DNA of 64,000 nt from Candidatus Poribacteria bacterium (GTDB lineage Bacteria; Poribacteria; WGA-4E; PCPOR2b): NCBI GenBank assembly GCA_965116925.1, contig OZ220744.1:6048001-6112000 (forward strand). The letters run 5' to 3'. Under the pieces are notes generated by a model. That model ran no database searches. It was not told the DNA's origin and saw only the letters and a list, made by a program, of their open reading frames with translations. Made by a program: the position numbers and the translations under genes. Below, piece by piece: positions 27,004 through 35,894 of this stretch (its first letter is position 1; each line of letters starts with the position of its first letter).

Positions 27004-27969
27004 ATGAAAGTCTTACTGAGACAACGTGACCTGTCAGATGAATATATCCAGTTTGCCGCACAGATTGGTGCCGACGGATTTGATATCCATAATGCCGAAA
27101 GTATCCCCGGATTGGTGGAACAGGGCTATCCAGACTTAGAACAACTGACGAAATTAAAAGAGAGAGTCAACGCCGCCGGACTTAGCATCTATCGCGTCGC
27201 GCCCGCCGAACCACAGAAATTTCTGACGGGTCAACCGGGCGGTGAGGAGGAACTTGATAATCTGTGTAAGTCGCTTGAGATTTTCGGTCAAGTCGGGATC
27301 CCTTTTATGTCAATGCCTGTGCATCTAGCGCAGACCCCGGAACATCGAGATGCGAATCCGGGATACCGGGGCGGATATACCAAACCTCTCCGGGGCAATT
27401 ATACGTTCGGTGGATTTGATGTCGAATTAATGAAGCGGAGTATCGCAGAGAAGCCGCTTGAACCGTTTTCTGTTGAAAAGCATTGGGAATGTTGCATCCA
27501 GATGTATCAGCGGCTCGTCCCGCTTGCTGAACAATTCGATGTAAAACTGATTATCCACCCATCGGATCCGCCGTTACCGGAGACCGAATTTTCACCGAAA
27601 CGGTGGGCTGCCATCCTCGACGCTGTGCCAAGCGATCACAGCGGACTGCTCTATTGTATCGGGACCTGCTATGAATCGGGTGTAGACATCTTTGAGAACC
27701 TCCGCCATTTTGGAAAGATAGGGAAAATCTTTCACACCCATTTCCGCAACGTGCAGGGCACGATCCCGAGGGGCGGATATATGGAGGTCGCCCTTGACGA
27801 TGGCGACATGAATATGTTCAAGATACTTCAAACCCTAAAAGAGATTGGGTTTGACGGTGGCTTACAGATCGATCACCTACCTAACTATATTGGCGATGTG
27901 GAGCAGCGGGCAGCTTCAGCCTACGCAGTGGCTTATGTGAAAGCACTGTTGAGAGCACTAGAGGCTTAA
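27004..27969 (+). CDS. uxuA: Mannonate dehydratase (UxuA)-like protein
   Basis: HPSDPP, HFRNV, EVALDDGDMNM, IDHLP, YAVAYVKAL. Confidence 0.85.
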   Translation: MKVLLRQRDLSDEYIQFAAQIGADGFDIHNAESIPGLVEQGYPDLEQLTKLKERVNAAGLSIYRVAPAEPQKFLTGQPGGEEELDNLCKSLEIFGQVGIPFMSMPVHLAQTPEHRDANPGYRGGYTKPLRGNYTFGGFDVELMKRSIAEKPLEPFSVEKHWECCIQMYQRLVPLAEQFDVKLIIHPSDPPLPETEFSPKRWAAILDAVPSDHSGLLYCIGTCYESGVDIFENLRHFGKIGKIFHTHFRNVQGTIPRGGYMEVALDDGDMNMFKILQTLKEIGFDGGLQIDHLPNYIGDVEQRAASAYAVAYVKALLRALEA

Positions 27970-28055
27970 CTGTGAAACATGATCACGGATATTACGGATT
28001 AACGGATTGACGCGGAAATTAAGAATAATGTGCACCGAGTCATATATAAAATCTT

Positions 28056-28147
28056 GGCTCCTGTAAAAAGAAAGTGCAAAGTACGAGGAGAAACCGAGTT
28101 TTTTCTTGAAAACTCGGTTTCTGTTGCACGATTTCTTAACATGAGCG
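28056..28147 (+). mobile_element. Shell family A element
   Basis: ggctcctgtaaaaagaaagtgcaaa...agaaaccgagttttttcttgaaaactcggtttct...ttcttaacatgagc. Confidence 0.85.
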
Positions 28148-28240
28148 AAAATCTTTACGCATTACGCATCACGTGCCTGTAAACGGAGGTTATAGCATTA
28201 TGTTTACCTATAACCACAACGACACTATAAGGAGTGTTCA

Positions 28241-29248
28241 GTGAATCGACCCCCAGAAACTTTTGTGAGTGTGCAGGAGGACCGCCTCCTCGCTTTTAGT
28301 ACCGCCTGTTTTGAGAAAGCGGGATTGTCCCATGACCACGCAGCGTTAATCAGTCGTCTGCTCGTCAACTCAGACCTTCGTGGGGTGCGGAGCCACGGCA
28401 CACGGACGGTCAACGGTTACTGCAGCGGCTTTGAAAACGGAGATATGAATCCCCAGCCGGATATCCGCCTTGTCCATGAAACGCCGACAGCTGTTGTTCT
28501 GGACGGCGATGGAACGCTCGGCTACCTTCCAATGGTTCGTGCAACTGAGGGAGCAATCGCCAAAGCGAAGGAGGTCGGGTTGGGCATGGGGCTTGTGCGC
28601 CACATCGGGCATTACGGCTCGGCAGGACACTACACGCGAATATGTATGGAGGCGGGTTGTATAGGCTTCTCTGTTCAGGGCTACCAGAATCTGGGCAATG
28701 CCGCTGGCAGCGATCCCAAACCGCAACTCGGCTACTTCGGCAATCCGCCCCTCTGTTTTGCGATCCCCGGTGGTGATGAACCGTCTGTGGTGCTTGACGT
28801 GGCGACCTGTATCATGGCGGACTATCAGCGTGGAGGGGAGTATGATGCACTCCTCTCCCTTATTCCGGCTGCTTTTTTCAAAAGTGTGGGTTATACTGCG
28901 GTCGCGGGTCTCTTGGGCGGTGGATTAACAGGATATACGCTTCCTGACGATGAGGGGGTTAGTGAACGTTGGCCCGGCGGAGCGCGGTTAGGTGGTATGG
29001 TTCTCGCCATCCATGTGGATGCTGTTGTGCCCGAAGCTGTGTTCCGTGCTGAAGCCGATCGGATGGTTCGAGACGTGAGAGAAACATTTGAACCGATGCC
29101 CGGCTATGATCGTGCGCTGCTGCCCGGTGGGATCGAAGTAGAGAGAGTTAAGATGCACCGCCGTGATGGCATCCGCTACGGCGAGATGGAACAGGAGTCA
29201 GCCCGTGAAGTCAGTGAGCGTCTCGGTGTCCCGCTACCGTGGGACTGA
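28241..29248 (+). CDS. Ldh_2 family (type 2 malate/lactate/sulfolactate dehydrogenase-like) oxidoreductase
   Basis: SDLRGVRSHG, HYGSAGHY, GNPPLCFAIP, LDVAT; GTG start after aaggag. Confidence 0.92.
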   Translation: MNRPPETFVSVQEDRLLAFSTACFEKAGLSHDHAALISRLLVNSDLRGVRSHGTRTVNGYCSGFENGDMNPQPDIRLVHETPTAVVLDGDGTLGYLPMVRATEGAIAKAKEVGLGMGLVRHIGHYGSAGHYTRICMEAGCIGFSVQGYQNLGNAAGSDPKPQLGYFGNPPLCFAIPGGDEPSVVLDVATCIMADYQRGGEYDALLSLIPAAFFKSVGYTAVAGLLGGGLTGYTLPDDEGVSERWPGGARLGGMVLAIHVDAVVPEAVFRAEADRMVRDVRETFEPMPGYDRALLPGGIEVERVKMHRRDGIRYGEMEQESAREVSERLGVPLPWD

Positions 29249-29307
29249 TGCCGTGAAGACGAGAAAACGGGAGAACGAGAAGGCGAGATGTCCTAGCAAA
29301 AGAATAA

Positions 29308-29388
29308 TTAACGCAAGGACGCAAAGTCGCAAAGACCCCTTTTTTAAGATTTTTCTTGCGTCCTTGCTACCTCGCGCCTTTGCGTTAA
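29308..29388. repeat. Imperfect palindrome of the aacgcaa-gacgcaaag family
   Basis: ttaacgcaaggacgcaaagtcgcaaag...cttgcgtccttg...ctttgcgttaa; related copy at 41967-42079. Confidence 0.7.
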
Positions 29389-29462
29389 AAAAGAGCAGAT
29401 ACCGTTATCCCGTTTTTATGTAGTTGTTGTTAGCGTAAACTATTTAGGAGGAGAAAGAACTT

Positions 29463-30413
29463 ATGGAACCACTTCGGGTTGGATTTATCGGCGCTGGTGG
29501 CTTTGCCAGACATACTATCTATCCGGCGTTGCACCTTGCCCCCGTCGCACTGCAAGCGGTCTGTGATATGGATGAAGCAAAAGCGAAAGATGCCGCGGGC
29601 AAATTTGGTGCGGGACGTTGGTACACAGATCGGCATAAAATGTGGGAGCAGGAAGATCTTGAGGCACTCATCATCAGTATGAGGCCCGACCCGCGTCAAT
29701 CCCTCGTTCGTGAAGCACTAGAAGCAGGCTATCACGTTTTTGTTCCCAAGCCACCTGCCCCATCTTTGGCAGATGCCACTGAACTCGCAGAAACCGCTGA
29801 CCAGAGTGGCAAAACGCTGATGATCAACTTTCAACGACGGTTCAGCTTGGGTGTCGCCCGTGCTAAAGAGATTATGGCGCAGGAGTCCTTTGGTCAACTG
29901 ACACAACTCTTCTGCTCCTTCTGTAGCGGCACCTATCCGACGGTACAATGGTATCTTTTGGATTTTGCTATCCACCATTTCGATCTCGCACAATACATCG
30001 CGGGTCCGGCAAAAGAGATCGCTGTGTTCCACAACGAGGTGGGTGGACAGGGATCTTTTGCAGTCGCAGTGGAATTTGAGAACGGTGCGGTCGGAAACCT
30101 CCAACTGAATAGTCAACGGCTCTGGAGGCGCAACTATGATCGAATAGAAATCACGGGACAGGAGGAGTACATTGTCCTTGATGGGTTGTGGGAAATTGCT
30201 CACTACGCCGACTCCCAGAATGTCTTTACGGACAACTACAGCGACCAACGCAACGGCGAATTGACCGGTGACGGGCATAGCTTGACGGAGTTTGTCAACG
30301 CTATCCGTGAAAACCGTGAGCCGATAGCGAGCATCAACGATTGTTTGAAGTCGATGCGGTTGTATGAAGCGGTTCTGGAAAGGCGCAAGGGAGTTATCAC
30401 GCTGAATGACTGA
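29463..30413 (+). CDS. Gfo/Idh/MocA family oxidoreductase
   Basis: GFIGAGGFA, VFVPKP, LDFAIHHFD. Confidence 0.9.
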   Translation: MEPLRVGFIGAGGFARHTIYPALHLAPVALQAVCDMDEAKAKDAAGKFGAGRWYTDRHKMWEQEDLEALIISMRPDPRQSLVREALEAGYHVFVPKPPAPSLADATELAETADQSGKTLMINFQRRFSLGVARAKEIMAQESFGQLTQLFCSFCSGTYPTVQWYLLDFAIHHFDLAQYIAGPAKEIAVFHNEVGGQGSFAVAVEFENGAVGNLQLNSQRLWRRNYDRIEITGQEEYIVLDGLWEIAHYADSQNVFTDNYSDQRNGELTGDGHSLTEFVNAIRENREPIASINDCLKSMRLYEAVLERRKGVITLND

Positions 30414-30636
30414 TAATTCTCTAAATCACGAATTAACGCAGATTAACGGATTACACGGATAAGACGGAAAAAAGGGGAGGCCCAGCTTGTAGCCCCAGAG
30501 GGGCGAGATGTTTATAGAATGGTTGAATTGCTGAAGAGTGTTCATAATTATTGTCTAAAATCAACCCACCCCTTCGCCCCCATTTCGCTCTGCGTTCTCC
30601 GTGTCTCTGCGGTGGTGTTTTTATTGAGGTGATATA

Positions 30637-31722
30637 ATGAACCATACAATTCTATACAAACGAAAAGGGTTTTACGGTGCCTTTCCTGTCCTAACCCACC
30701 TCCCCGACGGGCGGTTGACGGTCGGCATTCCGGTCGCACCGTTCCATGACCACTATGCGGTCGGTGATTGGTTGGTACTACTGTCGGAGGACGAGGGAGA
30801 AACGTGGCAGGAGACCGACGATCCGACGCTTCCCGACAACTGGCCCGGCACATCACCGCGTGAGATATATGACCGATTTGCCGCCGTGATGCCAGATGGG
30901 ACGTATCTCTGTGCCGGCACAGTGGGCTGGAAAGCGTATCCAGCGGAGCAACAGGCGGAGGTAGAAGCACAGGGGCTATTTGTGCGTCCACACCCAAACG
31001 ACGAAAACGCAATTATGGTAGGCAGCAACAAGGTGTTCGTCCAGCGTTCGACTGACGAGGGGCAGACGTGGGAACGGCAGGAGTGGACTGTGCCCGGCGT
31101 TGAACATCTTACAGCGTTTCCGCGTTCCGCGTGGCTGGCGGACGGAACGATTTTGGTCCCTGTCTACGGTTCCGATCCCGATGCCCGTTGGCGAACCTAC
31201 ATCTGGCGGTCAGGGGATGGCGGAGAGACGTGGCGTTGGTTGGCGATGGGCTCTTATGTAACGGGAGTCGAGGGTAATGAGACGTCGCTTCTTGAGGTTT
31301 CCCCCGGGCGTGTCCTTGCCCATACGCGGACGGAGGGCAGCTACCTGTTGGAGACTTGGTCGGATGACGGTGGACGCACGTGGTCGCAACCGTTACAAAC
31401 ACCTATCTGGGGGTATCCACCGCACCTGTTGAAACTCCGAGATGGACGGATACTGTGCTCATTTGGATATCGACGGGAACCGATGGGGGTGCGTGCGGTC
31501 CTGAGCCACGATGGTGGGGTTACGTGGGATATGGACAACGTCATCGTTCTGCGGGACGACGGTGGGACGCCCAGCGAATTCCGAGCCGATATGGAGCGTG
31601 GGGGTGCTGACATTGGTTATCCGATCTCCACTCAACTGTCCGATGACAGCATTCTGACGACTTATTACATCACGTTGGCGGATGGTATAACACACTCAGT
31701 GGCGACGCGCTGGGAAGTTTAA
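30637..31722 (+). CDS. BNR/Asp-box sialidase-like protein
   Basis: Five Asp boxes (SEDEGETW, STDEGQTW, SGDGGETW, SDDGGRTW, SHDGGVTW); GYP motif. Confidence 0.9.
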   Translation: MNHTILYKRKGFYGAFPVLTHLPDGRLTVGIPVAPFHDHYAVGDWLVLLSEDEGETWQETDDPTLPDNWPGTSPREIYDRFAAVMPDGTYLCAGTVGWKAYPAEQQAEVEAQGLFVRPHPNDENAIMVGSNKVFVQRSTDEGQTWERQEWTVPGVEHLTAFPRSAWLADGTILVPVYGSDPDARWRTYIWRSGDGGETWRWLAMGSYVTGVEGNETSLLEVSPGRVLAHTRTEGSYLLETWSDDGGRTWSQPLQTPIWGYPPHLLKLRDGRILCSFGYRREPMGVRAVLSHDGGVTWDMDNVIVLRDDGGTPSEFRADMERGGADIGYPISTQLSDDSILTTYYITLADGITHSVATRWEV

Positions 31723-31757
31723 TAGATGAGGGAAGACCGGAAAACGAGATGAAATCA

Positions 31758-31882
31758 ACCGCCAAGACGCGGAGAAAAGCGTGGAAGGATGGAAGGGCGG
31801 GAAAGATGGGGTATGGCCCCAATCTTCCAGTCTTCTATCCTTCCATCCTCCATCTGCTCTGTGCCCTCTGTGTCTCTGCGGT
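31758..31882. repeat. Long imperfect palindrome with nested ggaag/cttcc arms
   Basis: accgccaagacgcggaga...ggaaggatggaagggcgggaaag...cttccagtcttctatccttcc...ctctgtgtctctgcggt. Confidence 0.75.
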
Positions 31883-31920
31883 GGGTTTTCTCCCGAATTT
31901 GAAGAATGGAGACACTCACC

Positions 31921-32868
31921 ATGTTAATTCAAGAACAGTTACCTTGGACTCAAATGGATGATGAGCATTTGAGCCTATTCAAAGCCATTGGCGTGGACTA
32001 TGTTACGATTAACCCGCCCCCAGACGATCTCAAGGATGGGGCAGATCGTGCCGATTTCTGGAAGGAGATGAGTCGGCGCGTTGATTCCCACGGGATGAAG
32101 TTGGATAACGTGGGCATGAACTGTTGGGACGAGATTTCACTTGCCCGTCCGGATCGAGATCAGAAGATCGATGCGTGGTGCACCATGATTCGGAACCTCG
32201 GTGCCGCAGGAATCCGAACCTTGGGTTATAACTTCAAACCCATCGGGAATTTCCGTACCACCTCGGCAATCGGACGCGGCGGTGCTCGCTATAGCACCTT
32301 CGATTACGATGAGTTCATGGAAGATCCAGCGGATGTTCCCGAAAAGTATATCTCCGAAGAGCAGCTCTTAGAGAATTTGCGCTATTTCCTTACCCGTATT
32401 GTTCCGGCGGCTGAGGAAGCAGGGGTTAAACTTGCGATACACCCGGACGATCCACCCATTCCGGAGCCGCTTGGCGGCGCAGCCCGAATTCTCTCGACCC
32501 TCGACCATTTCGAGCGCACGTTCAACACCGTTCCTAGCGAGATGAACGCTATGCTATTTTGTCAGGGATGTGTCCGTGAAATGGGGGAAGACGTGCCTTC
32601 CGCTATCCGCCGCATCGGTTCGCAAAACAAAATTGCTTACGTCCATTTTCGCAACATTCGAGGCACCCCCAAGAGCTTCCAAGAGGTCTTTGTGGATGAG
32701 GGAGATGTGGATATGTATGAGGCGATGCAGACCTATCGGGAGGTGGGATTTGAAGGTCCCTTCATGATGGATCACACCCCTAGCTTTCCGCAGGAGAACA
32801 CGCAATGGGCGGGCAGAGCCTTCGCTGTCGGCTACATCCGATCGATGATCCAAGCCGTTTACCGCTAA
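31921..32868 (+). CDS. uxuA: Mannonate dehydratase (UxuA) family protein
   Basis: GYNF, GRGGA, HPDDPP, FCQG, HFRNIRG, EVFVDEGD, DHTP, FAVGYI. Confidence 0.9.
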   Translation: MLIQEQLPWTQMDDEHLSLFKAIGVDYVTINPPPDDLKDGADRADFWKEMSRRVDSHGMKLDNVGMNCWDEISLARPDRDQKIDAWCTMIRNLGAAGIRTLGYNFKPIGNFRTTSAIGRGGARYSTFDYDEFMEDPADVPEKYISEEQLLENLRYFLTRIVPAAEEAGVKLAIHPDDPPIPEPLGGAARILSTLDHFERTFNTVPSEMNAMLFCQGCVREMGEDVPSAIRRIGSQNKIAYVHFRNIRGTPKSFQEVFVDEGDVDMYEAMQTYREVGFEGPFMMDHTPSFPQENTQWAGRAFAVGYIRSMIQAVYR

Positions 32869-32869
32869 T

Positions 32870-32977
32870 TATAGTGAATTCAAAAAATAAATAGACACTT
32901 TCGTCCCCCATGTTTGGTAGGCGCTGTTTCCAACTGCGCCGATTTGGAGTGTCTCATTAATTCTAAGATCCACTATA
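32870..32977 (+). mobile_element. Shell family B element (108 bp)
   Basis: Near-identical to 16677-16784. Confidence 0.88.
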
Positions 32978-32980
32978 ATT

Positions 32981-33028
32981 GACCTATGGCGGAAATACCG
33001 ATAGAACAAACTTCAAAAAATGAAAAGG
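32981..33028 (+). repeat. Duplicated 48-bp gene leader, copy 1
   Basis: 41/48 identical by hand count to 34861-34908; ends in the RBS of the next gene. Confidence 0.8.
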
Positions 33029-33041
33029 GAGAAATATTGAT

Positions 33042-34277
33042 ATGTATGGTGCAATCGGTGGCAGCATTTGGGGCGAACAATCTGATGATTTTCAGTCGAA
33101 TCTTTTTTATGATGATACACTTAAAGACCTTAAAAAAGTCGCGTCGGAACATTACCCCGCTCTGCGGAGAATCCGGGAACGAGAGAGAGACGCAGAACAG
33201 TTATACTTATCCAACCCCCTAAAAGAAGGAGATGATGATTACGAGCCCGGATACACGATCACATTAGAACATCGTCTACAACAAGGAGAAGAAGCAAATT
33301 TACTAAAAAAGAATGAAACGGGCGCATACACAGAGAATTTACGGGAAGCAATAGGTTGGAGGGAAAAATCCGATGAGATTAAAAAACTCGAGGAAGAACT
33401 GCAGGAAGCTCGAAACGCAATGTACCGCGCACGAAAGGGCAAAACAGATGAAGAAAGAGAAACCTATAACCAAAACAGAACAAAAGCATACGAAGCAGAA
33501 CAATCATTGGAAGACGCTAAAGAATGGGCTCTCACACGCTATACGAACCGCACGCAAAAGGACTATAATCTTAGAAGCGACTTTGAGAATTTTTTATCTG
33601 ACATTGCATGGAATCGTCGATGGTTTAGAGAACGCCTATATCCTGATGAACAAGTCAAGGAATTTATCCAAAAATATTTAGAAAATCCTTCGTGGCATCT
33701 GCCTCAAATTACCGATTTCCTTTTAATCGATCTTATTGATTCAGACCTAATCAGGCTTGAAGAAGACTTTCATCTTGGTCTGTTTTCATCTAACATTGCA
33801 AACCAGCTTGGAGGCCCCAACTCATACTTTGATGGTTCATTTTTGGTTATTTCTTCAAATATACCCACCTTGCCTACTTTATCGCCCGAATCGAAAAGGA
33901 AGCGCTCGTGATGGCGTAACAGAAATTTCTTCATTGGAGCCGGTTTAATATTTTTTAGTATATTGGCTAGGTCGGGTGAACTAGAACCTTGGATAAGTAA
34001 AGATTTGCTTTATTGGATAGGCCCAGCTATATCGATGTTTGGATTCTATTTCATTTTCTCAGTATTATATAGTATCGTAGGCGAGGCAATAAATAAAAGG
34101 AGAATTGACATTAAAAATTTGCACAGAAAAGCACATACACTACTCAACATCCGTTGGGATATATCCTCAGGGATATATGACGCAAAAACATGTATTGAAA
34201 GACTAAAACGCGTAGATCAACCACTGCACATATCCAGTTTAGTTTATCCATTATTAGAATTGCAAAAGCGACGTTAA
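33042..34277 (+). pseudogene. Hypothetical coiled-coil plus two-TM protein interrupted by one in-frame TGA (33909-33911)
   Basis: Track ORFs 33042-33911 and 33963-34277 share a frame, and the 51 bp between them is open (WRNRNFFIGAGLIFFSI). Confidence 0.7.
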
Positions 34278-34399
34278 ACACTTCCCTAGCCTGAGATTTA
34301 CTCAAAGCTCAACCTTTCTTTTCCTTGAACCGTGCAATTGCCCACCGCTCTGCTCACTACTCGCGGCGAAACACGGATATAAAAAAAGGAGGATTGAAA

Positions 34400-34738
34400 A
34401 TGGCATTAGAAAATAGGCAACGATTGTCGGTTCAACGAAACCGAAACATAATAGATGAAATACCGGGTGAATTTGGTTATGAGGTACGTGCTGCTTATGC
34501 AGGCTATCAGCAATATCGCCAAGAACACCCGGAATACAGGGACAGATCTGTGAGCGAGCGATGGCAAATCCCGGAAGTGAGGCGGTATTTTGTTGTCCTG
34601 AACATCATGCGTTTTTATGGTGAGCGGATGATAGGTCAACCAAGAGAGGCATTCATTGAAGCGTTGGGAAATATAGAACGCACGAATAGAAATGAACGGA
34701 CACACAGGAGGAGGGCAGTATCGTGCCGCCGGCAATAA
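34400..34738 (+). CDS. Hypothetical protein, possibly 3'-decayed
   Basis: ATG after a strong aaggagg RBS (MALENRQRL); a protein-like tail (APEKSEDELNQLINEVENLF) follows in another frame. Confidence 0.55.
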   Translation: MALENRQRLSVQRNRNIIDEIPGEFGYEVRAAYAGYQQYRQEHPEYRDRSVSERWQIPEVRRYFVVLNIMRFYGERMIGQPREAFIEALGNIERTNRNERTHRRRAVSCRRQ

Positions 34739-34860
34739 ACCAAAACCCCCGGCACGCTTGCCCTAGGCACCGGAAAAATCAGAGGATGAATTAAATCAAT
34801 TGATTAACGAGGTTGAAAATCTGTTCAATCGAAATAATTAGACTTCTTAATCTATCAGAG

Positions 34861-34908
34861 GACCCATGGCAGGAATACCGATAGGACTAACTTCAAACGA
34901 TGAAAAGG
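34861..34908 (+). repeat. Duplicated 48-bp gene leader, copy 2
   Basis: gacccatggcaggaataccgataggactaacttcaaacgatgaaaagg. Confidence 0.8.
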
Positions 34909-34912
34909 AGAG

Positions 34913-35476
34913 ATGACGATGAATGATCGTATTGATGAAAGAAAGGTGAACAGATACCTTTACGAAATTGCAGGGCGCGCTGGCACGAGCTGCCAGCATA
35001 ACGACTTATGGGAAGAACCAGAATACAATCAAGCGATGTGGTTGTATCTAACACTGCCCCATACAGAACTCGAAGCCCGACTCGCCCCCACGCGTGAGAA
35101 TGTAGTGCATCCATCAGGTGCTGTGATCCAATGGAATACGTATTGTCGAATGGAGGAACGGGCATATAAACGGGAGTATCTGAAATCTGATCAGTGGAAA
35201 CGTAAAAGAGATGCGGTGATGGCTCGGGCACGTTTTAACGCGAATCGAGACTTGCCTCCGAAAATACCTAATAACCCTGTTATCAAACGTACTGTAGACA
35301 GATATGGTCGTGTGATAAAATCAATAGAAACAGAGGAGTATGGTCCTATCTGTGAAAATGAGGGCTGCACAAACGAAGCGAAACAAGTGCATCATCTTAC
35401 TTATGAGCGGATAGGTAAAGAGCATTTGGAGGATTTGCAAGCATTGTGTCCCGAATGTCACATGCAGAAGTCTTAA
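34913..35476 (+). CDS. HNH endonuclease domain protein
   Basis: YLKSDQWKRKR...CENEGC...QVHHLTYER...LQALCPECH zinc-binding HNH signature. Confidence 0.88.
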   Translation: MTMNDRIDERKVNRYLYEIAGRAGTSCQHNDLWEEPEYNQAMWLYLTLPHTELEARLAPTRENVVHPSGAVIQWNTYCRMEERAYKREYLKSDQWKRKRDAVMARARFNANRDLPPKIPNNPVIKRTVDRYGRVIKSIETEEYGPICENEGCTNEAKQVHHLTYERIGKEHLEDLQALCPECHMQKS

Positions 35477-35570
35477 GTCCAAAACTTTTTTGAAGGGCGA
35501 TTTATTGCCCGTCGTGACGCGCAATGAATTGCGCTACTACAAACTGAACTGCGTAACTCGTAAAAAAATT

Positions 35571-35730
35571 GGTTCATGTTAAGAAATCGTGCCACAGAAA
35601 TTGATTTAATCCACTAGTTCATTGATAAACCAATGGCCTTCAGGTTTCACATTCCGATTTATTGGGATCCTTGGAACGGGACATCACATTTTACGTTCTT
35701 AGTGTTTGGTACTTTCTCTTGATATGAGCT
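35571..35730 (-). mobile_element. Shell family A element, reverse orientation, ~100-bp unrelated cargo
   Basis: ggttcatgttaagaaatcgtgccacagaaa and tactttctcttgatatgagct are reverse complements of the family A ends. Confidence 0.65.
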
Positions 35731-35732
35731 AA

Positions 35733-35803
35733 TAGGACTTACGCATTTCAGCACAGTTGGTGCGGGGCAAGATGTCCCCCTACGGTTGGTTGTGTAAGTC
35801 CTA
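35733..35803. mobile_element. Shell family D element carrying a GTAG hairpin
   Basis: taggacttacgca...tgtgtaagtccta; cargo on the minus strand gtagggggacatcttgccccgcacc resembles the 5591 hairpin. Confidence 0.75.
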
Positions 35804-35894
35804 TCAAAAAATTTAGTACAGATTCGTGTGGATTCGCGGAGGCTTTTGTGTCTTGGTCTCCTTGCGTTTCTTGTCTTTTGAGAGGTAAGTAAAT

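Noticed and set aside
32997..33004. accgatag as a sigma28 -10 element in the duplicated leader
   Set aside because: No TAAA -35 at the expected spacing in either copy.
33909..33911. Selenocysteine or alternative genetic code at the in-frame TGA
   Set aside because: No redox-motif context, no evident downstream SECIS-like stem, and TGA ends many other genes in this window.
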